DNA of 63,921 bases, the filler included, from Octopus bimaculoides (lineage: Eukaryota): assembly GCF_001194135.2 (NCBI RefSeq). It is 5 parts of 5 records of this genome, joined end to end, with 100 filler letters (N's around TTAATTAATTAA, not from the genome) between each part and the next. Parts side by side here need not be neighbours in the genome. Positions count along the whole stretch, not along the records: positions 26,446 to 53,072 come from NC_068991.1; 4 more parts are not named here. One strand, given 5' to 3'. Position 1 is the first letter of the stretch. Each line of letters begins with the position of its first letter. The notes beneath the pieces were generated by a model. The model ran no database searches. It had not been told where the DNA came from and was given only the letters and a program-made list of their open reading frames with translations. The position numbers and the translations under genes were made by a program. Below, piece after piece: positions 39,201 through 50,207 of this stretch.

Positions 39201-42200
39201 AAATATTCTAAGACAAAGCAAAGCCAACATCAAGTGGGTAGGCCTTGAACTGTTTTTTTTTTAACTTTTAAAAGGCTACTGAAAATAGGGCCAATTAGTT
39301 TAGTTATTCAGAAAAAAATGGTAGTGAACATTTAGGATAACTGCTGTTGCACATTTAGTAAATATAATACATCTGTCCAAACTTTGTCGACTGATATTCT
39401 ATTTAATGAAATTCCAGTTGGGGTTTGAGTGTACACCCTCAATGCTGAAACTTCAATGTCTTATTTATTCAACAATGTCACACAGTACAGAAGAAATGTA
39501 TGAAATTAAAAGTGTTGCAAATAGTAAAATTAAGGCTCACCGCTAGCAGAGATTCAAGTAATAAATGATATTTAGTGATTCTTTGTACAGGCTTTGTTAG
39601 CAATGAATTTAGAGCAATTATTTGAGTTGTGTTCTGGTAATGATCAGTTAACTGCTTGATTTTGTCCAAAATCAGAGGATGCTGTGCTACCTATAGAGAA
39701 AAACAAATTTAAATTAAACCACAATTTGTACCATGGTGTTAGTTTCTCACCAATTTATGGTGTCAGTTCCTGCAATATTTATTCTAAATTCAAGTTTCTG
39801 ATACTGCAACTGCTTCATTATGTGCAACCACCACTGTGCTACCAACCAGGATACAAGCTTATTTTGGCCACTACCACCACCATCAATAGCAACTTAAAAG
39901 AGAGATTATCATAGTTGTAGTAAGCACATGAGTGAGTATTAATAGGAGAGAAGCAGCTCGTGTCGGTTGGTGGGAGTGAAGATTATTGCTGGAAATGGAG
40001 TAAAGAGGGCTGAGGGAAGTGGTAGAAGCTGTTGCTAGTAATAAAACGAGGGAAAATTCAAAGGATTAAGGAAAAAAATTATAGAATTATTGAGCTACAT
40101 GTTTTGACACAGGATACATCATCATCATCATCATCATCGTTTAACGTCCGCTTTCCATGCTAGCATGGGTTGGACGATTTGACTGAGGACTGGTGAAACC
40201 GGATGGCAACACCAGGCTCCAGTCTGATTTGGCAGAGTTTCTACAGCTGGATGCCCTTCCTAACGCCAACCACTCAGAGAGTGTAGTGGGTGCTTTTACG
40301 TGTCACCCGCACAAAAACGGCCACGCTCGAAATGGTGTCTTTTATGTGCCACCCGCACAAGCCAGTCCAGGGGCACTGGCAACGATCTCGCTTGAAAATC
40401 CTACAGGAGCCAGTCAGGCGGTACTGGCAACGGCCACGCTCAAAATGGTGCATCTNNNNNNNNNNAAGGTCTCGGTCCGTAGTCATCGCCTCGGTGAGGC
40501 CCAATGTACGAAGGTCTTGCCTCACCACCTCAGCCCAGGTCTTCCTGGGCCTACCTCTTCCACGGGTTCCCTCAACTGTTAGGGTGTGGCACTTTTTCAC
40601 GCAGCTATCCTCCTCCATTCTCACCACATGTCCATACCAGCGCAATCGTCTCTCTTGCACGCCACAACTGATGCTTCTAATGTTCAGCTTTTCTCTCAAG
40701 ATACTTACACTCTGACGGGTATTCACATTGACATTACACATCCAACGGAGCATACTGGCTTCATTCCTTGCGAGCTTACGCATGTCCTCAGCAGTTACAG
40801 CCCATGTTTCCATCGTAAAATAATCATTTAAATTATACAGTTGTATCGTCCTAGAGACTTACCTCACTTTCATATTCCAGGGCAGAAGTGATGTTGACAC
40901 AATAATAAGAATACACATTTTCTAATTCCTTTGACACTTCCAGGAAACACTGACCTGTGAGATTAGAGAAATTATCATCAAAATCAACATTTGATAAAGT
41001 TAGATTTCTACTATTATTTATGACAAAGTTTTTCTTTATTTTCATAAGTAATATGCAGGAAACCTCAGTAGCTTCAGAGGAATGAGATGTATATGGCCTA
41101 CTAGGCAAGCAATGTTAATCAGTGTGTAACTGTGTAAGTATTGAGAAAAAACCTACGATTTGAAAGAGCAACAACATCTCAATCGAGTAGGGTAATACAT
41201 GCAACAGAAACACGCACACACACTTATTCGCCATGATAGATCGCTAGCCACTACACAGTCTTTTTTTTTCTCTCCTTGTTTCTTTCTGTGGAAGAGCGTC
41301 GGCTCGAAACGTTAAAGACTTTTTCACTTCCCGAGTGTTAAACTAATACATCTGTTTGTTGTCTACACCACCTGTCTTCATCTTTTGTTTTTTTTTTTGG
41401 TGAATTCTCCTCCTATATATAAGAGGGATGACCACTAAGTGGACATCCATTCTGCTAGAAGTAGACCACCTATGGTCTGACCACTAAGAAAAGATTCTCA
41501 AGAAAATTCAGCAAAGACCAGAACACATAAGCGAGCAAGACAAATGAAAAGATACAAAATATAAAGAATTAATCATAGACCAGTTTTGATGTCACCACTT
41601 ACGTGTGTTTTTAGGGCTTTTTACAATGTTGAATTTTCGCTGTCTTTCATTGTGTGTATTTATGTATATGCGTGTATGTTCAATGTGCACACGCATGCGT
41701 GCGCAAGACATAGTCTTTTGATGTATGGAGTTCAGTAAGTATCAGAACAGGCTGCTTGAATGAGTGTCAGTTATTTTCCCAAAATTGGCAAGTAGCCTGA
41801 TAAAGCAGCTGATTTATCTTTGACAACATAATGGCCTAAAACCATGGCCATATTACATAACTAAATGTGTTCTCTTAGTTAATAAATTTCAAAATGATTC
41901 AGCTCAATTATTAAGTATTTATTGCATGACCAACCTCAGAAGTCACCGCATGCCACTGGTATATACACATATCATGCAAACTGCATTTCAATCTAGTACT
42001 GACTGTCACAAATAAAACTGTAATTCAATGGTACTTAGTCTCCTGATTATAGATCTTTTACTCTCCTACTTACTAACTTTTAAACATGCATTCTTCATAC
42101 CCTTGACTCTTCTCTCTCACAGTTGCTAAGACTTGGCATGATTTTTCTCAGCTTCTGAGGCTCATCTCCATCACATCATTTCCCTAACAAGCATTGATTA

Positions 42201-45200
42201 TTGATTATTGATGTTACTAAGAGAGCGACTTTCTCATGCATTGAGAACTGAAAACTAGAGATAATCATAAATTATTTAATTACATTGTAATTAATTATTT
42301 TAAAAACTAACTCTTCATTTTTGCTTTTCTTACATGTGTTCTGTGATCTTTCTATGCAGATCAGTAAAATGAAACGTAATAGATGAGTTCTCTTCACAGT
42401 TTTCTCTTTTGGTGTATAAAGATGTACATGGAGTTCTAAATACTAGTTATGTGTGATGTAATTTAAACTGCATCGCGCGTATGTGTGTGTGTGTGTGTGT
42501 GTTTTTGCAGAATGCAGCATGGCTGAAAGGTTAAGAAATTTGCTTCACATTAAGGAAGTCATGAAGTGTCAAATTAATCCATGCCTTGTGAGTGTGCCAT
42601 TGAAACTGAGTAGATGGAAACCGGGTGGAAACCTGCCAAGCAGACTTTATCTGTAAGTCAAAAGACCAGCATTGTTACACAATGTTTCATACAGATTTGA
42701 CTTGGAGATTATATCAAAGGTATCTGTGGGAGACTCAGTTACATACATGTTAATAACCAAATCAGATTCTCAATTAATCAAACTACAAAACTCCTGATCA
42801 CTGAAACTGACAGGCTCCATCATACAAAAATAGAGGGTAGCAAAATTCTTTGATGATCTCAAGGTTACCCTAAGGCTAAATAAAAACAACACTTATTATA
42901 AAATCTCCACCACAAAGTAATGGAAACATTTAAAATAATATTAATGTAGCAACCATTCTTCAATAGTTTCTTTGAAATCTATACAATGGGAAAGACAAGA
43001 TTTGAAACTGTAAACAGAAACAACAAGCTAATTGAAAGTCTTGTTTGGTCCAATAAGTTGGCAACTGATCAATTTATAACTGAAGCGGAAACCCTGAAAT
43101 CAAAAGACCTCAATCACAGCATTTAATGATTAGTTTTTATCCTGTCTGCATCGCATGAAAGACCAGAACTAAACATAAGTAAGAAATCACAAATGAGAAG
43201 CATAAAAAAACAAAATTAATAAAATAATTCACTTACCCACAATTTGTTGGTTAAAATCAAATCCTTTCACATGTTTGTTCAGAAGCTTTAATAATTTCTC
43301 AGAAGTTTCATAAATTTTTTCAAAGTTTAAGAAAAGTTGGTCAATTGTAACTCCTTCAGAATTGAACTAAGCAGTTGATTAACAAAACAGAAAACAGAAT
43401 TGTCATAAACAACATTCATATATTTAGCTGACTGGGTTTATAGACAGGTAAATGGTTAAATAAAAAAAGATCATCACTATCATCACCATCATTATCCTTT
43501 AACAACCGTTTTCTATGCTGGCATGGGTTGGATGGTTTGACAAGAGCTGGCAAGACTCCAATTATCTGTTGTAGCATGGTCTCTATGGCTGGATACTCTC
43601 CTAATGACACCCACTTCACAAGGTGTACTGGGTGCTTTCCATGTGCCACTGGTATGCCTCACCAGCAAAGGGTGCATTTTATGTAACCCTTTTCACCTGC
43701 AAAGGTGAAGCCTCTTTGTATGGATGGCTTTGACGTATCTCTCAAATACAGCAAATTGCCACAACACTTGGTCCCTCATTGTTTCCTCAGTGAGGTCCAG
43801 CATCTGAAGATCCTTTCTCACCAATTTGTTCCACATCTTCCTGGGTCTACCCCTTCCACAATTAGAGATTGGCACTTCTTTATACAGCTGTTCTCATCTA
43901 TACACATAATATGACCAAACCAGTGCAGTCTTCTTTCTGGCATACACCATCTCATACCCCATATACCCAGTCAATGCATGCACACTGACATTACCCATCC
44001 AATGGAGCACGTTAGCTTCATTTCTTTCAAGCCTTCACAAGTTCTCTGTAGTCAAAGTCCATGTTTCACTGCCCTGTGATACCACTACAACTCTTATGTG
44101 TCCAAAGTTTGCAATGGGTCTAACACCCTTCTTACGTATTGAGCAGAGCCATCTCCTCAAAGGGACTTGTGATTTACCTGTTTTTTTTTTACTTACTAAG
44201 ATTTTGGTTTTTGCTAAATTAACCCTAAGGCCCTTAGATTCCAGGCTTTGTTTCCACACCTGAAATTTCTTCTCCAGGTCAGGTAGTGATTCAGCTATAA
44301 GAATAAGGTCATCATTGAAGCGGAGCTCCCAGGGGCAGCCAGTCTTGAATTCTTTTGTTACGGTCCAGAGGATCCCTCTCAGTTGATTACAGCAGCCAAA
44401 AGTAGTACTGCAGATAGGAAGTATTAACTGTAGCAGGATGAGAATTGGGTGGGGAATGCTTGATGGATCGGGGCCTCATACATACAAGCATACGGACTGG
44501 TTTTAGAATATCATTTTTCATTGTGATAGACAAGTCCTCTCGACTTCAGCAGATTGCCAATCATCTCAGTTCTTTGAGGCTCAGCATCTTGAGATTTGCC
44601 TTCAATACTGCAGCCCATGTCTTCTTAGGCCTCCCTTTGCCACAAGTTCTATCCACTTTAAGTGACCAGCATTACTTCATGCAACTGTCCTCACTCAGAT
44701 TCCCCTAATACATTAGTACTTTGTCACACATGCACACTAACTTTGCACATCCAGTGGAGAATACTAGCTTCATTCATTCCTCTCTAGTCTTCATATGTCC
44801 CCTGCACTCAGGACCCATGACTCACAGGGTGAAAAACTAGAGGTAGTCGATAGCTTCCGCTATCTGGGCGACCAAGTTAGTAGTGGGGGTGGGTGCGCTG
44901 AAAGTATAGCTGCTAGAATAAGAATAGCCTGGGCAAAGTTTAGAGAGCTCTTACCCCTGCTGGCGACAAAGGGACTCTCACTCAGAGTAAAAGGCAGACT
45001 GTATGACGCATGCGTACGAACAACCATGCTACATGGCAGTGAAACATGGGCTGTAACTGCTGAGGACATACGTAAGCTCGCAAGGAATGAAGCCAGTATG
45101 CTCCGTTGGATGTGTAATGTCAATGTGAATACCCGTCAGAGTGTAAGTATCTTGAGAGAAAAGCTGAACATNNNNNNNNNNNNNNNNNNNNNNNNNNNNN

Positions 45201-46277
45201 NNNNNNNNNNNNNNNNNNNNNNNNNNNNNNNNNNNNNNNNNNNNNNNNNNNNNNNNNNNNNNNNNNNNNNNNNNNNNNNNNNNNNNNNNNNNNNNNNNNN
45301 NNNNNNNNNNNNNNNNNNNNNNNNNNNNNNNNNNNNNNNNNNNNNNNNNNNNNNNNNNNNNNNNNNNNNNNNNNNNNNNNNNNNNNNNNNNNNNNNNNNN
45401 NNNNNNNNNNNNNNNNNNNNNNNNNNNNNNNNNNNNNNNNNNNNNNNNNNNNNNNNNNNNNNNNNNNNNNNNNNNNNNNNNNNNNNNNNNNNNNNNNNNN
45501 NNNNNNNNNNNNNNNNNNNNNNNNNNNNNNNNNNNNNNNNNNNNNNNNNNNNNNNNNNNNNNNNNNNNNNNNNNNNNNNNNNNNNNNNNNNNNNNNNNNN
45601 NNNNNNNNNNNNNNNNNNNNNNNNNNNNNNNNNNNNNNNNNNNNNNNNNNNNNNNNNNNNNNNNNNNNNNNNNNNNNNNNNNNNNNNNNNNNNNNNNNNN
45701 NNNNNNNNNNNNNNNNNNNNNAGACACCATTTCGAGCGTGGCCGTTTTCGTGCGGGTGACACGTAAAAGCACCCACTACACTCTCTGAGTGGTTGGCGTT
45801 AGGAAGGGCATCCAGCTGTAGAAACTCTGCCAAATCAGACTGGAGCCTGGTGTTGCCATCCGGTTTCACCAGTCCTCAGTCAAATCTTCCAACCCATGCT
45901 AGCATGGAAAGCGGACGTTAAACGATGATGATGATGATGATGATGTGAATTATGTGGTAATTAATTTAACAATGAAAACCTTTTTAATTTCTGAATATTG
46001 AGCCTTTTTCAGATCAGTTTTGACTCTGAATTATTCTACTTTTTATACATACCATGAAGGACAGAAAAACAAAAGAAAAAAATGAAAGAGAAAAATATAC
46101 AGAGTATAAAATAATAATTACTTTGTCTGCATCAGAAGGTTTTAAAAATATATCAACACAACACTTTAGGTCACTGACATAATTAGTTTCAGTATCGAGT
46201 ATTTCTTGTATCAAACTTTCCCGTTCTTTTTTACGATTTTCTGTTTCACACTCTTTCTTTATATCATCAACTGACAT
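28098..46277 (-). CDS. Spliced DH-BAR Rho guanine nucleotide exchange factor (DNMBP/Tuba-ARHGEF37/38 family), 3'-incomplete; 8 coding exons, 999 nt / 333 aa
   Basis: Exons 46277-46122, 43366-43237, 40954-40863, 39690-39541, 38830-38725, 37409-37279, 34186-34082 and 28226-28098 all have AG/GT borders and compatible phases (0,1,0,0,1,0,0). DH motifs include ERESLIQEILDTETNYVSDL, LFLNFEKI, CFL...LENVYSYYC, LNSLLTKPVQRITKYHLLLESLL and VANNVNESIRAKEI. These are followed by Tuba-type BAR-start motifs (KY...KIASISSHAVEKKLRRL, VEDEEFD...LEDYLKEF). Orthology within the family cannot be resolved by eye. Confidence 0.88.
28455..28700 (-). mobile_element. RTE-family 3' tail fragment
   Basis: Matches the 3' UTR of the 40117 and 44800 copies. 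Confidence 0.7.
29170..29600 (-). mobile_element. HERO/NeSL-type non-LTR retrotransposon 3' fragment (restriction-like endonuclease)
   Basis: WKVAADLPG...TKKKLDIIMW...VNLLELTV-x-x-EDN...ARARK...Y...G-x-x-AEHFPNEIRCRGFIG matches the PD-(D/E)xK RLE C-terminus pattern (RPDIV...IELTVPWEE...A-x-ERK...YxxL...PVEVGCRGF). Confidence 0.72.
29600..30300 (-). mobile_element. Gypsy (Mag / K02A2.6-like) LTR retrotransposon remnant: LTR end, PBS-like TGGCGATGAGG and decayed gag
   Basis: Gag motif EFSYNPEEDVTFALYYRRYKEIFKQDCKS*SDKQKVRLLL*KLVLLEHEHYCNFILPKK with a poly-Q N-terminus (29979-29610). It is preceded by ...TACAACA-TCTGGCGATGAGG at 30040-30021. The LTR 5' limit is uncertain. Confidence 0.75.
32295..32739. 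mobile_element. Fold-back insertion with ~157/174-bp inverted arms carrying hammerhead sequence (Penelope pLTR-like or retrozyme-like), inserted into the Neptune RT
   Basis: 32295-32451 aligns with the reverse complement of 32566-32739 at ~85% identity. The direct repeat TAGCTC lies at 32289-32294 and 32742-32747. Removing the insert restores an open RT frame (EIKNQDRARFTQIDIVDFYPS). Confidence 0.78.
32396..32485 (-). ncRNA. Type I hammerhead ribozyme motif
   Basis: The minus strand reads AGCCA-CUGAUGA-G(CAUUAAUAUAAACA)C-GAAA-UCA(CUAA)UGA-UC^UGGCU. All core nucleotides are present, stem I is AGCCA/UGGCU with further pairing beyond internal loops, and stem III is 3 bp plus A-U. The predicted AUC cleavage site lies between 32421 and 32420. 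Stem II has two mismatches. Confidence 0.78.
33255..33880 (-). mobile_element. Degenerate RTE LINE 3' end
   Basis: CAT-repeat tail and the 3' UTR shared with the 40117 copy (GGATGCCCTTCCTAA-x-GCCAACCACTC); LGLTEAM remnant. Confidence 0.75.
34082..34186 (-). CDS. RhoGEF coding exon 7 (VEDEEFDCNLQKFISVQKTVSDLKKNLEDYLKEFE; BAR helix 1)
   Basis: attatag| acceptor, GAG|GTAAGC donor, 105 nt; D-E-x-F...F...L-x-x-YL pattern of the Tuba-type BAR domain. Confidence 0.87.
36080..36540 (+). mobile_element. Highly decayed CR1-type LINE RT C-terminus
   Basis: LKLYMARLCPHL...W...LLEAVQRCANKCLP and a downstream HGH...FFS-x-RIV-like remnant fit the CR1 pattern LY-x-x-LVRPHLEY...LE-x-VQRRATK. Confidence 0.62.
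36760..37160 (+). mobile_element. RTE LINE 3' UTR fragment
   Basis: Repeated GCCAGTGGCACGTAAAAAGCACC units and the family terminus CATGCTAGCATGGAAA...TTAAATGATG. Confidence 0.72.
37279..37409 (-). CDS. RhoGEF coding exon 6 (V-TKYLRPSNASFRSKIASISSHAVEKKLRRLKGVVVSKTGLTPT)
   Basis: tttttcag| acceptor, ACA|GTGAGT donor, 131 nt, phase 1 to 0; resembles the DH-BAR linker of the Tuba family. Confidence 0.87.
37675..38270 (-). mobile_element. Degenerate RTE LINE 3' end
   Basis: Same TTTAACGTCCG...CATGCTGGCATGG 3' terminus and ORF-end remnant. Confidence 0.72.
38725..38830 (-). CDS. RhoGEF coding exon 5 (VTEVSHIDFSGLDQAHSCMKNVANNVNESIRAKEI)
   Basis: atttttag| acceptor, G|GTAAAT donor, 106 nt; DH C-terminal helix (NVNE-x-x-R-x-KE). 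Confidence 0.9.
39541..39690 (-). CDS. RhoGEF coding exon 4 (VAQHPLILDKIKQL...ALNSLLTKPVQRITKYHLLLESLLA)
   Basis: ttctctatag| acceptor, GCG|GTGAGC donor, 150 nt; hallmark DH CR3 motif L-x-KPVQRITKY-x-LLL. Confidence 0.93.
40117..40812 (-). mobile_element. Young 5'-truncated RTE-clade LINE with (GAT)n tail
   Basis: ETWAVTAEDMRKLARNEASMLRWMC...ERRLRWYGHVVRM...GTRGRGRPRKTW (RTE ORF C-terminus), 3' UTR and (GAT)n tail at 40117-40138. Confidence 0.92.
40863..40954 (-). CDS. RhoGEF coding exon 3 (G-QCFLEVSKELENVYSYYCVNITSALEYESE)
   Basis: ctcacag| acceptor, GAG|GTAAGT donor, 92 nt, phase 1 to 0; DH G-x-FL...Y-x-x-YC-x-N motif. Confidence 0.9.
43237..43366 (-). CDS. RhoGEF coding exon 2 (FNSEGVTIDQLFLNFEKIYETSEKLLKLLNKHVKGFDFNQQIV-G)
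   Basis: ctgcttag| acceptor, G|GTAAGT donor, 130 nt, phase 0 to 1; DH LF-N motif. Confidence 0.9.
43480..44730 (-). mobile_element. Older rearranged RTE LINE remnant
   Basis: WELRFNDDLILIAES...WKQSLESKGLRVNLAKTK and GRGRPRKMW, plus the family 3' UTR and CAT-repeat tail. Confidence 0.8.
44800..45944 (+). mobile_element. Young RTE-clade LINE copy (gap 45172-45721), nearly identical to 40117-40812
   Basis: LEVVDSFRYLGD...RIRIAWAKFREL...KGRLYDACVRTTMLHGSETW..., with the same 3' UTR and (GAT)n tail. Confidence 0.92.
46122..46277 (-). CDS. RhoGEF coding exon 1 (MSVDDIKKEC...FLKPSDADK; start of DH domain)
   Basis: Acceptor tttcag| at 46308/46307, ATG at 46277, donor AAA|GTAATT at 46122/46121. 52 codons containing DH helix 1 (IQEILDTETNYVSDL). 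Confidence 0.88.
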
Positions 46278-46419
46278 TGTGACACACAAGCAGTCATTTC
46301 AAGACATCTGAAATATAGATTCACTTTATTAATTTTTGGCACAAAACTGGCTATAGGACACAAAAAAGTTAATTGGAACCTTTTTTTTTTTTTTTAGTGG
46401 AGAACTTCAACAGTAACAA

Positions 46420-47395
46420 TCATCATCATCATCATCGTTTAACGTCCACTTTCCCTGCTAGCATGGGTTGGATGATTTGACTCAGGACTGGCAAGCCAGA
46501 TGGCTGCACCAGGCTCCAATCTGATCTGGCAGAGTTTCTACAGTTGGATACCCTTCCTAATGCCAACCACTCAGAGAGTGTAGTGGGTGCTTTTACGTGC
46601 CGTTGGCAACAAGGAGCTAGACAGGTGGCGCTGGCAACAGCCACACTCAAATGGTGTTTTTTACGTGATACCTGCACAGGAGCCAGTCCAGCAGCACTGG
46701 CAACAACCTCGCTCGAATATTTTTTTCCACATGCCCTCGGCACAAGTGCCAGTAAGGTGACGCTGGTAACAATCACGCTCAAATGATGGTTTTTACGTGA
46801 CACTGGCACGGAAGCCAGTCAGCTGCCCTGGCAACTATCATGCTTGGATGGTGCTCTTAACGCTCCACTAGCACGGATGCCAGTCATGCAGTGCTGTCAT
46901 CAAATTTGGTTCGATTTCGATTTCACTTGCCTCAACAGGTCTTCGCAAGTAGAGTTTAGTGTCCAATGAAGGAAGGTACGCATAAGTGGGCTGGTCATAC
47001 CCCTGGCATAGGCCACAGGTTATGGTCTCACTTGGCTTGCCAAGTCTTCTCAAGCATAGCATATCTCCAAAGGTCTCCGTCACTTGTCATTGCTTCAGTG
47101 AGGTCCTAATGTTCAAAGGTTGTGCTTCACCTCCTCATCCCAGGTCTTCCTGGGCCTACTTCTTCCACAGGTTCCCTCTACTGCTAGGGTGTGGCACTTT
47201 TTCACACAGCTCTCCTCATCCATTCTCGCCACATGACCATACCAGCACAGTTGTCTCTCTTGCACACCACATCTGATGCTTCTTAGGTTCAACTTTTCTT
47301 TCAAGGCACTTACACTCTATCAAGTATGCACACTGACATTACACATCCAGCAGAGCATTCTGGCTTCATTCCTTGCAAGCTTACGCATGTCCTAG
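46420..47395 (-). mobile_element. RTE LINE 3' fragment
   Basis: KEKLNLRSIRCGVQERQLCWYGHVARM...GRSRPRKTW, the family 3' UTR and a (GAT)n tail at ~46422-46436. Confidence 0.85.
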
Positions 47396-47542
47396 ACTGC
47401 CAAAAATGAACCGTCAGTTTAGTGATTTAACTTCAAGAGACATAGCAAGAGAGACAAATTATGACATCACAGACTTGGCTGCATTTGTGAATGAACATGA
47501 ACCTAAACTTCTTCCACAACAACACTGTGCATAAAAGTATTC

Positions 47543-47579
<37 letters not shown>

Positions 47580-50207
47580 TTGTATTATAACTGTGAATGG
47601 TATCACTTTCTAAGGGTGATTTATCTTATTTATATGGTTTTAACTTGAAAAAGATAATATAGATGTTTATTGAGTAGAAAACTAATTATGCTGCAAATCC
47701 CTTATTTTGTAGAGTTTAGTGTCCCTAACCCTAACCCCNNNNNNNNNNNNNNNNNNNNNNNNNNNNNNNNNNNNNNNNNNNNNNNNNNNNNNNNNNNNNN
47801 NNNNNNNNNNNNNNNNNNNNNNNNNNNNNNNNNNNNNNNNNNNNNNNNNNNNNNNNNNNNNNNNNNNNNNNNNNNNNNNNNNNNNNNNNNNNNNNNNNNN
47901 NNNNNNNNNNNNNNNNNNNNNNNNNNNNNNNNNNNNNNNNNNNNNNNNNNNNNNNNNNNNNNNNNNNNNNNNNNNNNNNNNNNNNNNNNNNNNNNNNNNN
48001 NNNNNNNNNNNNNNNNNNNNNNNNNNNNNNNNNNNNNNNNNNNNNNNNNNNNNNNNNNNNNNNNNNNNNNNNNNNNNNNNNNNNNNNNNNNNNNNNNNNN
48101 NNNNNNNNNNNNNNNNNNNNNNNNNNNNNNNNNNNNNNNNNNNNNNNNNNNNNNNNNNNNNNNNNNNNNNNNNNNNNNNNNNNNNNNNNNNNNNNNNNNN
48201 NNNNNNNNNNNNNNNNNNNNNNNNNNNNNNNNNNNNNNNNNNNNNNNNNNNNNNNNNNNNNNNNNNNNNNNNNNNNNNNNNNNNNNNNNNNNNNNNNNNN
48301 NNNNNNNNNNNNNNNNNNNNNNNCAATGCTGGTGTGTTCGGCAAAAGAGACCAATAGAATAAGTACTAGGCTTACAAAGAATAAGTCCTGGGGTCGATTT
48401 GCTCGACTAAAGGCGGTGCTCCAGCATGGCCGCAGTCAAATGACTGAAACAAGTAAAAGAGTAAAACGAGAAGTGAAGAGTGATAACGGATACATATTCT
48501 GATGATAAAATATAGTATCTTTCAAAAATACCCTAAATTTATAGACTATATCTTGTGTATTTAAGAAAAAACAAAAACATTTTCCAGTATGAATTACATG
48601 GTTCGTTATTAAACATATATTCCTCGGCCCCCGACCTTTTATTCCGAACCAAAATAAGGGATTTGCAGCATATTGGGAGGTCAGGGTATTTGATTCCACG
48701 CAACAACAAAAAATCGAGTTTCTGGTTATTTCTTCCAATGCCGTAATAGAAAACATTGACGGTGTTTTCATGTTGTTGACACAAAACTGGAGGCAGGCCA
48801 AGATATAGCGATCGTCAGTTTTCAGAATTAAACTATTTTGTACAAGATCTTATATATTCACCTTTCGAACATGGATTTGTTTGCCTTTATTGCTTGGATT
48901 ACATTTACATTGTGTAGGGAACGGATGATATAAAAATATCTTTGGAAGGAAAAAGGTCGCACACAACAACATCACCAGGACACCGGTAACAATAAATAAG
49001 GATTGTTCGAGAGTAAAAAGTCGAAATTCGTTAGATTTATCTCGGATACAAACATTGTTTAATTGTAATTTAATTATCTCTATAAATCTTTCAGTCGGGA
49101 CAAAAAAAAAAGCTGTCCCTCAACCGAGTAAAGCCAAGGTTGAGTAGTTTCCTGTCCATGGTTAAAAATGTATCTTAATCAGCAAAACTTGAAACACGCA
49201 TTTGTTTATTAATAAAACAGATATTAATATTGTTAATTACAGTAAGACGGTTTTAATGGTAATTGTTATTATTACGTCCAAGGTAAAGTGTTTCGTTAAT
49301 TACAAAATTAATAATTATAAAGCATGAAATCAAATTTTCAAACAGTATAGTTTGATATTTGAAAGAAATTGTTGTGATGAAAAAAAAACCAATTCCCACA
49401 AATGATTTCAAAACAATTTAAACAGAAAGATTTGGAAGAATTAAATGAAAGTTCTGCGATAATTTTCTTTTAAGTAAATAAATGTTTTATGTTAAATTAT
49501 TGGACGTCAAAGTTAAACTGGAGTCGAACCCGAATAAGAATAAATATTATTTACAGGAAATATATTTTGAGTTCAAATTCCGCCGAGGTCGACTATATAC
49601 TTTTCACCCTTTCGGGGTCCATAATTAAGTACCAGTGAAGTACTGGAATCGATATAATCGACTTGCCCATCCCCTCAAAAAGTACCAAAATTATTGTCGT
49701 TGTTTATTTATTATTATTTTACTGAAATAAAGGAAAGAAAAAAGTGGACAATGAAGAAAAGAGCAATAAAATTAATTACTGGAGATAGAATTAACAATAT
49801 TGGATAATTTCTGTTGGGACATTTAAAGTAAAAGACGAGAAAAATAAGAAAGACAAAAACTTACCAACTTATTTCGATTCAAATTCGAGAAGATAAGCGG
49901 AATCAACAAAACAATATGTTTCTGGTGAAATGCAAAGTACAATGTCCATTAAAATGATTAATTAGCTTTAATAATGACTGCAAAACCGCTTTTCTACTTA
50001 ATTAATTGCAGAATTTTCTTTCTCTTACGTGGAAACAAATCTAATTTTGTCACAACACAACTTTTTTATTTTTTTATTTGATTTCACTCTTTCACTCTCT
50101 TTCTCTCTCTCTCTCTCTCTTCCCTCCCCCTCTGTCTAACACCTTTCTTGCTCGTTGTTGTTTTCCTATATTTCGTCATTTGGTAATTTTGTATTATTTA
50201 CATTCAC

